Source: Anaerolineales bacterium
Lineage (GTDB): Bacteria > Chloroflexota > Anaerolineae > JAAEKA01
Reading direction: 5' to 3'
DNA: 62,661 bases
Assembly (NCBI GenBank): GCA_034432445.1
Contig: DAOUBX010000094.1
Location: 1 to 62,661 of the forward strand
The notes under the pieces: generated by a model
The model's input: only the letters and a program-made list of their open reading frames with translations
Told to the model about the DNA's origin: nothing
The model's database searches: none
Made by a program: the position numbers and the translations under genes
Shown: positions 40,378-49,037 of the stretch, piece by piece
How positions within the stretch are numbered: position 1 is the stretch's first letter
Layout: the number at the start of each line of letters is the position of its first letter

Positions 40378-40647
40378 GGCCGTGCACCCCTCGTCGAACT
40401 GCGACCCCCGGCTTACCGAACCAGTAGGCTCCAGCCAGGCTACCCCGTGGCACCCACAGGTGACCGCTTATGGCTGCTACCTCCCGGTCCTGACCAGGTT
40501 CACGGGCCTGCGCCGCACAGGACCCAGCTCTCGACGCCACTTAGCCCGGCAGTCACAAAGATCGTCGAGCCCTTGGAGTGGGAATTCAGCCCCGCTATAG
40601 CGGATTGCGGGTACAAGGCACCGCTAGCGCCCCGCTTAGCACGACCA
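40378..40647 (-). ncRNA. ffs: Large (Alu-containing) signal recognition particle RNA
   Basis: Helix-8 motif TCAGGACCGGGAGGTAGCAGC. Complementary ends GGTCGTGC / GCACGGCC about 270 nt apart, with own promoter and terminator. Confidence 0.93.
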
Positions 40648-40652
40648 CCCTC

Positions 40653-40681
40653 ATTGTACCGCAGATAAGGAGGGGTGGCAA
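40653..40681 (-). promoter_or_regulatory. ffs promoter
   Basis: TTGCCA-N17-TACAAT. Confidence 0.8.
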
Positions 40682-40752
40682 GTTGGCTGCCGCGCGTTGT
40701 GCGCAGACTTGAATCAAAAAGTCGGCGTCCAACACGCCGACTTTCTGGACAC

Positions 40753-40842
40753 TGGCGGAGAGGGTGGGATTTGAACCCACGATCCCCGGAGGGATACGCG
40801 CTCTCCAGGCGCGCGCACTAGACCGGACTATGCGACCTCTCC
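40753..40842 (-). tRNA. tRNA-Ser(GGA)
   Basis: 90 nt; anticodon arm CGCGC-CTGGAGA-GCGCG, long variable arm, GGTTCAAATCC, encoded CCA. Confidence 0.97.
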
Positions 40843-40909
40843 ATGAACTACGAGGATTATACCATTACCGCTCAGGCGCCACCAAATCTGCCCTTGTCGT
40901 AACCGTTTG

Positions 40910-41160
40910 GTAACTGCTCAGCCCGGTGAACGGAACACCTGCACTTGCATCGCAGGTGCAAGTGTTCACCGCGTCTGACAGCACGACACCTGCGCCTGCG
41001 CCGACGAAGCCTTAAGAAGCGAAGCGCCTGGTGGGCCGCAGGCGAGGTGCAGGTGAGCGGCCACAGCCGCTGGGAACACGCTCCGCCAGGCTCTGCGGGG
41101 CCTTCGTACTGTCAGCCGGGGATTTCCAATCCTTGGATAGGGGTACGCCTGAGCAGTTAC
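40910..41160. mobile_element. 251-bp MITE of the same TIR family
   Basis: Perfect TIRs GTAACTGCTCAG / CTGAGCAGTTAC. Flanks ACCGTTTG and ACTGTTTG match at 7 of 8. Hairpin-rich interior. Confidence 0.78.
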
Positions 41161-41343
41161 ACTGTTTGAACATATGGCCGGGCACCTGAGTCCACGTTTG
41201 TAAGGGTGTTCGCAGAGCCGACTTCCGCTGCAGACCGGTCGTCAGTGTGCGGCACCTGCATAGGCCCTTTGTCAACGATGACTCGACCCAAGATTTTGAA
41301 ACAAGAGCGCCCCGGCAGGGTGCTTTCTGCCGGGGCGCCTGAT

Positions 41344-41433
41344 TGGCGGAGAGGGTGGGATTTGAACCCACGAGGGCGTAAACCCTACGCGTTTTCGAGA
41401 CGCGCGCACTCGGCCAAACTATGCGACCTCTCC
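41344..41433 (-). tRNA. tRNA-Ser(CGA)
   Basis: 90 nt; anticodon arm CGCGT-CTCGAAA-ACGCG, long variable arm, encoded CCA. Confidence 0.97.
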
Positions 41434-41445
41434 TTGTCTGAAGCC

Positions 41446-41474
41446 ATTATACATGACCACGATGTGACGGGCAA
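41446..41474 (-). promoter_or_regulatory. tRNA-Ser(CGA) promoter
   Basis: TTGCCC-N17-TATAAT. Confidence 0.75.
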
Positions 41475-41703
41475 ATCGCCGCGTTTCATCAGGCGCAGCG
41501 CCGGCTGGGCCGACGCAGCGAGCGACACGGCAAGTTGCCTGACCCACCAGCTTGCAGTGCGCATCGCGGCTCGCCGCTTGGCTCAGCGAAGCAAACATGA
41601 GCTAGATCATGTCGCAAAATGCCGCGCTGCGTTACAATGCATTACAGCGAAGTTGAGACGACGTGCGCCATGAGAGGCAAAAAAGCACCATTAAGGAGAA
41701 GCA

Positions 41704-43257
41704 ATGACAACAGCCTTACCAGAAATCACCGAATTGCGTCAGATGCGCGCCCGCGCCATCGCAGGTGGCGGACCCGACCGCAGCGAGCAGCAGCACGCCA
41801 AGGGCAAGCTCACAGCGCGCGAGCGTTTGGCCGCCTTGCTGGATGAAGGCAGTTTCCAAGAAATCGGCGCGCTGGCCACCCACAACATCACCGACTTCGA
41901 CATGGCCGACAAGAAATACCCGGGGGACGGCGTTGTGGCCGGCTTTGGCAAGATACGCGGCCGCAAGGTAGCCATCTATGCCCAGGACTTCACTGTGCTC
42001 GGCGGCTCTTTTTCCGAGGTGCAGTCGCACAAGATCTGCCGCATTATGGACGTCGCTCTGGAAAGCGGCATTCCGATCATCGGCCTGATCGACAGCGGCG
42101 GCGCGCGCATCCAGGAAGGGGTACGCAGCCTGGCCGCCTACGGCGAGCTCTTCACCCGCAACGTGTTGGCCTCGGGCGTCGTGCCGCAGATCTCGGTGAT
42201 TCTAGGGCCCAGTGCGGGCGGCGCCGTGTACTCACCGGCGCTCACCGACTTCGTGATCATGGTGCGCAAGATCAGCTACATGTTCATCACCGGGCCAGAC
42301 GTGATCAAAACCGTCACCGGCGAGGATGTCAGCTTTCGCGACCTGGGCGGCACGCTGGTGCACAACTCAAAGAGCGGTGTGGCACACCTGCTGGCGGACA
42401 GCGAACAGCAGGCCTTTCTGCAAGTCAAGCAGCTGCTCAGCTACCTACCGCCTAACAACGCCGAGGACCCGCGGCGCGTCGATCCCTACGACGACCCTTT
42501 GCGCATGGACGAGGAGCTGAACCAGATCGTGCCCGCCGACGATACCCAGCCCTACGACATGCACGAGGTCCTGCAACGCGTCATGGATCGCAACAGCTTC
42601 TTCGAGATTCAGCCCTATTTCGCGCGCAATGCCATCACCGGCTTCGCACGGCTAGACGGCTACGTGGTCGGCGTGGTGGCCAATCAGCCCAACTATCTGG
42701 CCGGCGTGCTTGATATCGACAGCAGCGACAAGATCGCGCGCTTCGTGCGCATCTGCGACGCCTACAACATCCCCATCGTTACCTTCGTCGACTGTCCTGG
42801 CTACCTACCAGGCGTGGACCAGGAACACCACGGCATCATCCGGCACGGCGCCAAGGTGATCTACGCCTACTGCGAGGCCACCGTGCCCAAGATCTCCATC
42901 GTCACCCGCAAAGCCATCGGCGGCGCCTACATCGCCATGAGCAGCAAGCAGATGCGCTCCGATCTGGCGTTTGCCTGGCCCACAGCCGAGATCGCCGTCA
43001 TGGGGCCTGACGGCGCGGCGAACGTCTTGTACCGTCGTGAGCTCAGTCAGGCGCAAGACCCTGAAGCGTTGCGCACGCAGATCGCCGAGGAGTACCGCCG
43101 CAAGTTCCTCAATCCTTACGTGGCCGCCGACGTCGGGCAAATCGACGAAGTCTTAGAACCGCGCGAGACGCGGCCGCGCCTGATTGCGGCGCTTGACATC
43201 TTGCGCGGCAAGGTTAGCTCCAACCCGGCGCGTAAACACGGCTTGATGCCGGTTTGA
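41704..43257 (+). CDS. Acyl-CoA carboxyltransferase (methylmalonyl-CoA decarboxylase alpha / PccB-like)
   Basis: DFTVLGGS, DSGGARIQEG, GPSAGGAVYSPA, DCPGYLPG, AVMGPDGA, KHGLMPV. Confidence 0.93.
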   Translation: MTTALPEITELRQMRARAIAGGGPDRSEQQHAKGKLTARERLAALLDEGSFQEIGALATHNITDFDMADKKYPGDGVVAGFGKIRGRKVAIYAQDFTVLGGSFSEVQSHKICRIMDVALESGIPIIGLIDSGGARIQEGVRSLAAYGELFTRNVLASGVVPQISVILGPSAGGAVYSPALTDFVIMVRKISYMFITGPDVIKTVTGEDVSFRDLGGTLVHNSKSGVAHLLADSEQQAFLQVKQLLSYLPPNNAEDPRRVDPYDDPLRMDEELNQIVPADDTQPYDMHEVLQRVMDRNSFFEIQPYFARNAITGFARLDGYVVGVVANQPNYLAGVLDIDSSDKIARFVRICDAYNIPIVTFVDCPGYLPGVDQEHHGIIRHGAKVIYAYCEATVPKISIVTRKAIGGAYIAMSSKQMRSDLAFAWPTAEIAVMGPDGAANVLYRRELSQAQDPEALRTQIAEEYRRKFLNPYVAADVGQIDEVLEPRETRPRLIAALDILRGKVSSNPARKHGLMPV

Positions 43258-43288
43258 CCGGGCTACCCTTGCTGCGGGAGAAACGCCG

Positions 43289-43651
43289 ATGAGCGACGAG
43301 TTTATCCAGGGTTTACAGATCACTGTTGTCGGCATGGGCTTGGTGTTCGGCGCGCTCGTCCTGCTGTGGGGATTGATGGCGCTGCTCACCCGACTGTCGC
43401 AGATCCGGCCTAGGCGAAGCCGACGGCAGCAGGCCGCCGCGGCCGAGACTGCGCCGGCCGCTGGCGCCCATGCGCCTACCCCGCAAGAAATCGCCGCCAT
43501 TGCCACCGCTCTCTGGCTGTTGCGCGCCGAGCATGAGGCAGAAGCTGCCCTGCGCTGGCGCTTGCCGCCTGTGTTGACGCGCTGGGTGGCCGTGGGCTAC
43601 AGCCGCACCCTCCGCTCCTGGCAACCGCGCCGCACCCCACGCGACGCATGA
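43289..43651 (+). CDS. OadG/MmdD-type decarboxylase gamma/delta subunit
   Basis: N-terminal TM (ITVVGMGLVFGALVLL), Ala/Pro linker, EIAAIATAL; synteny. Confidence 0.82.
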   Translation: MSDEFIQGLQITVVGMGLVFGALVLLWGLMALLTRLSQIRPRRSRRQQAAAAETAPAAGAHAPTPQEIAAIATALWLLRAEHEAEAALRWRLPPVLTRWVAVGYSRTLRSWQPRRTPRDA

Positions 43652-43702
43652 GCGCAGCTTGTGGACGAGCGTGAACGAAACTAGAACAGAATCGAGACCA
43701 CC

Positions 43703-44182
43703 ATGCGCAGTTTCCGCATCAACGTTGAAGGCCAATCCTTCCTGGTCGAGATCGACGACCCGCAACAGCGGCCGCTGTCCGTGCGGGTGAACGGCCGACC
43801 GTTCACGGTGGATGTAGAATGGCAGGGGGCAGAGGCCGAAGCCACCGTCTCGCCGGCCGTCCTGCCCACCTCTGCGCCGGTTGCAAGCCAGCCCGCGCCG
43901 CTGCGCCTGCCCGTTCAGCCGCCGCCACCGCCCATCAGCGAAGCCGAACAACAGACCCTCGCTGCGATTGAAGCTCCTATGCCCGGCACCATCGTCGAGG
44001 TGCGTGTCAAGCCCGGTGACAACGTGGTGCGCGGGGACGAGGTGTGCGTCCTGGAAGCGATGAAGATGCGCAACAGCATCAAATCTAGCCGCGCCGGCCA
44101 GATCGCTGAGGTATTGGTTGCCCCCGGCACCAAGGTCGCCTACGGTGATCCGCTCGTCCGCTTTGCCGACAACGCGACCTGA
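43703..44182 (+). CDS. Biotin carboxyl carrier subunit
   Basis: APMPG...LEAMKM biotinylation site after a Pro/Ala linker. Confidence 0.93.
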   Translation: MRSFRINVEGQSFLVEIDDPQQRPLSVRVNGRPFTVDVEWQGAEAEATVSPAVLPTSAPVASQPAPLRLPVQPPPPPISEAEQQTLAAIEAPMPGTIVEVRVKPGDNVVRGDEVCVLEAMKMRNSIKSSRAGQIAEVLVAPGTKVAYGDPLVRFADNAT

Positions 44183-44241
44183 CGTTATCCTGCTGCGGTT
44201 TCCCGCCACCTTGGCGTTGCTGGGAAGCCCGGACCAAGCCC

Positions 44242-45363
44242 ATGAACACAGATCTCATCTCCCTGCTTACCCAGGGTTTCCAGGCTTTGAGCGTTGGCAA
44301 CGTGGTAATGATGGCCGCCGGCGGCGTGTTGATCTTCCTTGCCATCGCCAAAAACTATGAACCGGTGTTGCTGATCCCTATCGGCGCCGCCGCCATTATC
44401 GCCAACATTCCCCTCACCGGCATGACGGAAGAAGATGGCCTCTTCGGCATCCTCTATGCAGCCGGCATCGCCACCGAGCTCTTCCCCCTGTTGATCTTCA
44501 TCGGCATCGGCGCCATGACCGACTTCGGGCCGCTGCTGGAAAACCCCAAGATGGTTCTGCTGGGCGCGGCCGGCCAGTTCGGCATCTTTGGTACCCTGCT
44601 GGTAGCCTTGGCGCTGGGCTTTACCCTGAACGAGGCCGCATCGATCGGCATCATCGGCGCTGTCGACGGACCGACATCGATCTACGTCTCTAGCCAGCTT
44701 GCGCCGCACCTGCTGGCGCCCATAGCCGTGGCTGCCTACAGCTATATGAGCCTGGTGCCGATCATCCAGCCGCCCATCATGCGCGCCATGACCACCCGCA
44801 AGGAGCGCCGAGTGCGCATGCCCTACACGGCGAGGCCCGTGAGCAAGCCGACGCGCATCCTGTTTCCGATCGCCGTCACGCTCGCCACCGGCCTGTTGGT
44901 GCCCATGGCCACGCCGCTGATCGGCATGCTGATGTTCGGCAATCTGCTGCGCGAGTCTGGGGTGGTGGAGCGGCTGGTGGACGCGGCCAGCAACGAGATC
45001 GCCAACGTCACCACGATCTTCCTCGGCCTTGCCATTGGCTCGACCATGGTAGCCGAAAGCTTCTTGCGGCTCGACACCCTGCTGATCTTGGTGCTGGGCA
45101 TTGTGGCGTTCGCCCTGGACACGGCGGCAGGCTTGCTGTTCGGCAAGTTTCTTTACCTGGTCACGCGCGGCAAGTTCAACCCGTTGATTGGAGCAGCCGG
45201 CATCTCCGCCTTCCCCATGGCAGCGCGGGTCGTGCAGCGCATTGGCCAGGAGGAGGACTTCGACAATTTCCTGCTGATGCACGCTATGGGTGCCAACACG
45301 GCAGGCCAGATCGCATCGGCGCTGGCCGGCGGCATTGTCCTGGCACTCTTGGCCGGCGGCTGA
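44242..45363 (+). CDS. Na+-translocating decarboxylase beta subunit (OadB/MmdB)
   Basis: YEPVLLIPIG, GAMTDFGPLL, IGIIGAVDGPTSI, AAYSYMSLVPIIQPP, ISAFPMAARV, HAMGANTAG. Confidence 0.95.
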   Translation: MNTDLISLLTQGFQALSVGNVVMMAAGGVLIFLAIAKNYEPVLLIPIGAAAIIANIPLTGMTEEDGLFGILYAAGIATELFPLLIFIGIGAMTDFGPLLENPKMVLLGAAGQFGIFGTLLVALALGFTLNEAASIGIIGAVDGPTSIYVSSQLAPHLLAPIAVAAYSYMSLVPIIQPPIMRAMTTRKERRVRMPYTARPVSKPTRILFPIAVTLATGLLVPMATPLIGMLMFGNLLRESGVVERLVDAASNEIANVTTIFLGLAIGSTMVAESFLRLDTLLILVLGIVAFALDTAAGLLFGKFLYLVTRGKFNPLIGAAGISAFPMAARVVQRIGQEEDFDNFLLMHAMGANTAGQIASALAGGIVLALLAGG

Positions 45364-45605
45364 CGGACCACGTCTCATCACGCTCTCAGCCGGTCGACCT
45401 TGCATCGAGCACGGGCGAGTCTGGCGCAATCGCCAGGGCCGTGGTAGAATGGCGCCAGCCAGGCAACCTCCAACATGACGACCGCCCAGCCGCCGGAGAG
45501 CACTCAGCGCGACGCCAGCGCCCGGCGTCTGGGTCAGAGCACTGAGGCTTATGCCGGCTGCTGTCATCTCCCTCTGACTGCGGTATCCGCGCAACGGTGC
45601 TTGCC

Positions 45606-46535
45606 ATGCCCACCATCGCTTCCTCTTTGCGCTCGCTCTCCATCAGCAGCTACATCGCTCCCATTCTCACACAGCCCAACCTGACAGCCAAGGTGGAGAC
45701 CGTGTTTGCCGAGGTGGTCAACCTGCTGGTGGAGCCGAGCGTCTACGTCGCACTGGTCAGCGAGCACATCGGCAACGGCCCTCTCAATGTTGTGGTCGAG
45801 CCGGCCGCGCTGCTGGCAGTCCTGCGGCCCGGCGACCAAATCACCGGCGATGGACATCGGCTGCAGCTGGGCCGCGGGTGGGAGCTGGACGTGGCTACCG
45901 CGACCGTTTGGGACACCTGCCCGTCCTACAACCAGCTCAGCCGGCGGCCCCAAGTCGTGCGTAGCAACCTAGAGCGCCTGCGCACAGGGCTGCCGCTCGA
46001 AGCGCCGCCGGCCAGTCTGGCGGCTGCACCTGCTTATCACACGCAAGGCGCCTTTGGCAGCCGACCGGCGATCGCGCTGGTACAATCGCAAGCGTGGGAG
46101 CTCACCGATGGCCTGCGCCGCGCCTACCGCACCGGCAACCTGCAATGGATCCGCGTCTTTGCCCGTCGCCTGGCCGGCCTTGGCCCTGGGTTGACGCCGG
46201 CCGGGGACGACTGGCTGGCCGGCTGGCTGGTCGGTTTGCGCGCCCGTCAGGCGCTCGACTTGGACGAGGATGAACCCTTGCTGGCCGTAGAGGCGGTAGG
46301 CGAAGCCGTAATCGCCGCAGCAGAGGGACACACCACCGACCTGAGCCTAGCTTTCCTACGCGCGGCGGCGGTCGGCGCCACCCCCCAGGCCTGGCACGAT
46401 CTGATCACCAGCCTGACCGACGCCGACCCGATGACGTTGCGCACGGCAACCGCTGAGGTGCTGCGCTTTGGCGCCACCTCGGGCGCCGACATGCTGGCGG
46501 GCTTTTTGGCCGCGCTGGCAGACGACACCGTTTAG
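45606..46535 (+). CDS. DUF2877 protein (YlbF/AllH/YahE-like)
   Basis: LAGLGPGLTPAGDDWLAG, TTDLS, FGATSGADMLAG. Confidence 0.88.
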   Translation: MPTIASSLRSLSISSYIAPILTQPNLTAKVETVFAEVVNLLVEPSVYVALVSEHIGNGPLNVVVEPAALLAVLRPGDQITGDGHRLQLGRGWELDVATATVWDTCPSYNQLSRRPQVVRSNLERLRTGLPLEAPPASLAAAPAYHTQGAFGSRPAIALVQSQAWELTDGLRRAYRTGNLQWIRVFARRLAGLGPGLTPAGDDWLAGWLVGLRARQALDLDEDEPLLAVEAVGEAVIAAAEGHTTDLSLAFLRAAAVGATPQAWHDLITSLTDADPMTLRTATAEVLRFGATSGADMLAGFLAALADDTV

Positions 46536-46546
46536 GAGACAGCTCC

Positions 46547-48127
46547 ATGCCAATCGCCACTCGCATCCTCCCGTCTGCCTACTTCGACTCGATCACACTG
46601 ATGCTGGCCGCCAAAGACCTGTTGGCCATGCCGGGGGTGCAAGACGCGGCCCTTGTGATGGGCACTCCGGCCAACCTGGGGCTGATGCGCGATGCCGGCT
46701 TGTTGACCGACGCCGCCGCAGAAGCCACGCCCAACGACTTGGTGGTCGCAGTGTTGGCCGCGGATGAAGCCACGGCTGCCGCCGCAGCGTCCGCCGTAGA
46801 CGCGATCTTGGCCAGCCACAAGCAGAGCCCAGCGGTTTCCGGCGGCCAACCAAGGCCTCGTTCGTTGCGCGCGGCGTTGCGCCAGGCGCCCGACGCCAAC
46901 CTGGCGATGATCTCCGTGGCCGGTCGCTACGCGGCGCGCGAGGCGCGGTGGGCGCTGGAACACGGTCTGCACGTCATGCTCTTTAGCGACAACGTCAGCC
47001 TGGAGGATGAAATCGCGCTCAAAGCTTTGGCAGAGCAACGCGGCCTGCTATGCATGGGGCCTGACGCCGGCACAGCGATCATCAACGGCATCGGTCTAGG
47101 CTTCGCCAACGCCGTACCGCGTGGGCCCATCGGCATCGTCAGCGCGGCCGGTACCGGCCTGCAGTCGGTCAGCAGCGACATCGCGCGGCGCGGCAGCGGC
47201 GTGAGCCAGGCCATCGGCACGGGCGGCCGCGACCTGAGCGAGGCCGTGGGCGGCCGAGCAATGCTTGCGGGCCTGCAAGCGCTGCAAGCCGACCCGCACA
47301 CCGCGGTCATCGTCCTGATCTCCAAACCGCCGGCCGACCCAGTGGCTCACAAGCTCCTGGCGCAGGTGCGGGCCAGCCAGAAGCCCACGGTGGTCTGTTT
47401 CTTGGGCGCCGACCCTGGCATGATCGAGCGCGCCGGCGCCATCCCCGCCAGCACCTTGGAACAGGCGGCGGCCATTGCCGTGGCCCTGGCGCAAGGCGGC
47501 GATTGGTGCGGCGCCATCGTGGCCTGCGATGAAGCCCCACTGGCCTACCTGCCGCCAGCGCAGGCGGAACAGGCGAAGCTTCAGCCTGGCCAGCGCTTCA
47601 TTCGTGGCCTCTTTGCAGGCGGCACGTTCTGCTACGAAGCGCAGCTCGTCGCTGAAGGGCTGCCTGACCCCGTCTACTCGAACGCGCCGATCACGAAGGC
47701 TGTGGCCAGCCACCAACCACCGCCGGACGCCGTCGTCCACGGCCAGCATGTGTTCCTCGACCTGGGCGCGGACGAGTACACGGTGGGCCGGTTGCATCCC
47801 ATGCTCGATCCCACGCTGCGCAACCGCATGATCCTTCAGGCCGCAGATGACCCCGAAGTCGCCGTGCTGCTGCTGGATGTTGTGCTCGGCTACGGCGCGC
47901 ACCCAGACCCGGCCGGAGAGGCGGCACAAGCGATACAAGCTGCGCGCGCCCGCGCCGCTGCTGCCGGCCGCTATCTGCCGGTGGTCACCTTCGTTTGCGG
48001 CACCGAGAACGATCCCCAACGGCTAAGCCAGCAGGAAGCTAAGCTCAAAGCAGCCGGCGCGCTGGTCACGGCCAGCAACGCGCAAGCGACGCGCGTGGCG
48101 TCGTTGATCCTGGCCGGCCATGCCTAA
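46547..48127 (+). CDS. fdrA: FdrA/AllF/YahF acyl-CoA synthetase-like protein
   Basis: YFDSITLM, MGTPAN, ISVAGRYA, MLFSDNV, MGPDAGT, GTGGRDL, GLFAGGTFC, GRLHPM, DVVLGYG. Confidence 0.92.
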   Translation: MPIATRILPSAYFDSITLMLAAKDLLAMPGVQDAALVMGTPANLGLMRDAGLLTDAAAEATPNDLVVAVLAADEATAAAAASAVDAILASHKQSPAVSGGQPRPRSLRAALRQAPDANLAMISVAGRYAAREARWALEHGLHVMLFSDNVSLEDEIALKALAEQRGLLCMGPDAGTAIINGIGLGFANAVPRGPIGIVSAAGTGLQSVSSDIARRGSGVSQAIGTGGRDLSEAVGGRAMLAGLQALQADPHTAVIVLISKPPADPVAHKLLAQVRASQKPTVVCFLGADPGMIERAGAIPASTLEQAAAIAVALAQGGDWCGAIVACDEAPLAYLPPAQAEQAKLQPGQRFIRGLFAGGTFCYEAQLVAEGLPDPVYSNAPITKAVASHQPPPDAVVHGQHVFLDLGADEYTVGRLHPMLDPTLRNRMILQAADDPEVAVLLLDVVLGYGAHPDPAGEAAQAIQAARARAAAAGRYLPVVTFVCGTENDPQRLSQQEAKLKAAGALVTASNAQATRVASLILAGHA

Positions 48128-48147
48128 TTGGCGAATGCACCCACCTC

Positions 48148-48957
48148 ATGACCTCACAGACCGCCTCGTCACCCCTCGACCGCAGCGCACTCGTCACGCT
48201 GCGACCCATCACTGCAGACAACCTGCGTGACGTGCTGCGCCTGCAAGTTGCGCCGGCGCAACAGCACTTTGTCGCGCCCAACGCTGTCTCCCTGGCCGAG
48301 GCGCACTTCAACCAATACGCCTGGTACCGCGCCATCTACGCCGACGAGACGCCTGTTGGCTTTGTCATGCTTTATGACAATCCCGTCAAGCCCGAGTACT
48401 TCCTCTGGCGGCTGATGGTCGACGCACGCTACCAGGGCAACGGCTTTGCCCGGCGGGCCGTGCAGTTGCTCATCGACTACGTGCGGACACGGCCCGGCGC
48501 AACCGAGCTGCTGGTCAGCCACGGCGAGGGGGAGGGCAACCCTGGTCCCTTCTACGTCTTCCTCGGCTTCACGTACACCGGCGACAAACTCGGCGACGAG
48601 TTAGTGATGCGTTTGCCGTTACAAACGGCTGCCCAGCCTCCGCCGCCAGCGCCGCAAGCCAAACCGCTGACGCACGTGGTGCTCTTCAAGCTCAAGGACC
48701 GCAGCCCACAAGCGGTGGCAAAGACTGCTGAGGTGCTGCGCAGCATGGAAGGCAAGATCGCGCCGCTGCACGCCCTCGAGATCGGCCTCAACGTCGTCCC
48801 CTCCCCGCGCGCTTACGATATCGCCTTGATCACCCGCTTTGCCAGCCTAGCCGACATGGAGCTCTATCAGGTGCACCCCATCCACCAGGGCGTGCTGGCC
48901 CACATGCGCGAGGTGATGGAGGCCGCCGTAGCGGTAGATTTCGAGAGTGACCACTAG
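48148..48957 (+). CDS. GNAT acetyltransferase (polyamine acetyltransferase-like) fused to a Dabb stress-responsive barrel
   Basis: RLMVDARYQGNGFAR acetyl-CoA motif, Pro linker, then HVVLFKLK...DIALITRF...YQVHPIHQ. Confidence 0.82.
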   Translation: MTSQTASSPLDRSALVTLRPITADNLRDVLRLQVAPAQQHFVAPNAVSLAEAHFNQYAWYRAIYADETPVGFVMLYDNPVKPEYFLWRLMVDARYQGNGFARRAVQLLIDYVRTRPGATELLVSHGEGEGNPGPFYVFLGFTYTGDKLGDELVMRLPLQTAAQPPPPAPQAKPLTHVVLFKLKDRSPQAVAKTAEVLRSMEGKIAPLHALEIGLNVVPSPRAYDIALITRFASLADMELYQVHPIHQGVLAHMREVMEAAVAVDFESDH

Positions 48958-48966
48958 AGACGCGAT

Positions 48967-49025
48967 CCGGTCACCCAACCACCGATCACCGGTTACCGAT
49001 GACTGCTCACCGATCACCGAACACC
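48967..49025. repeat. Heptamer array (ACCGATC-like x8)
   Basis: ccggtca cccaacc accgatc accggtt accgatg actgctc accgatc accgaac, ending at the SD AGGAG. Confidence 0.8.
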
Positions 49026-49037
49026 AGGAGCAACGAC

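Noticed and set aside
40460-40500. GGGA instead of GGAA loop in SRP helix 8
   Set aside because: It is still a GNRA tetraloop with a compensated stem, so this is ordinary variation.
40753-41433. tRNA-Ser pair as an island integration site, or as tRNA-Sec
   Set aside because: There is no integrase and no isolated 3'-end duplication. Both genes are full length with their own promoters, and the anticodons are GGA and CGA.
44185-48019. Minus-strand ORFs 44185..45594 and 47096..48019
   Set aside because: They are shadows of the decarboxylase beta and fdrA genes.
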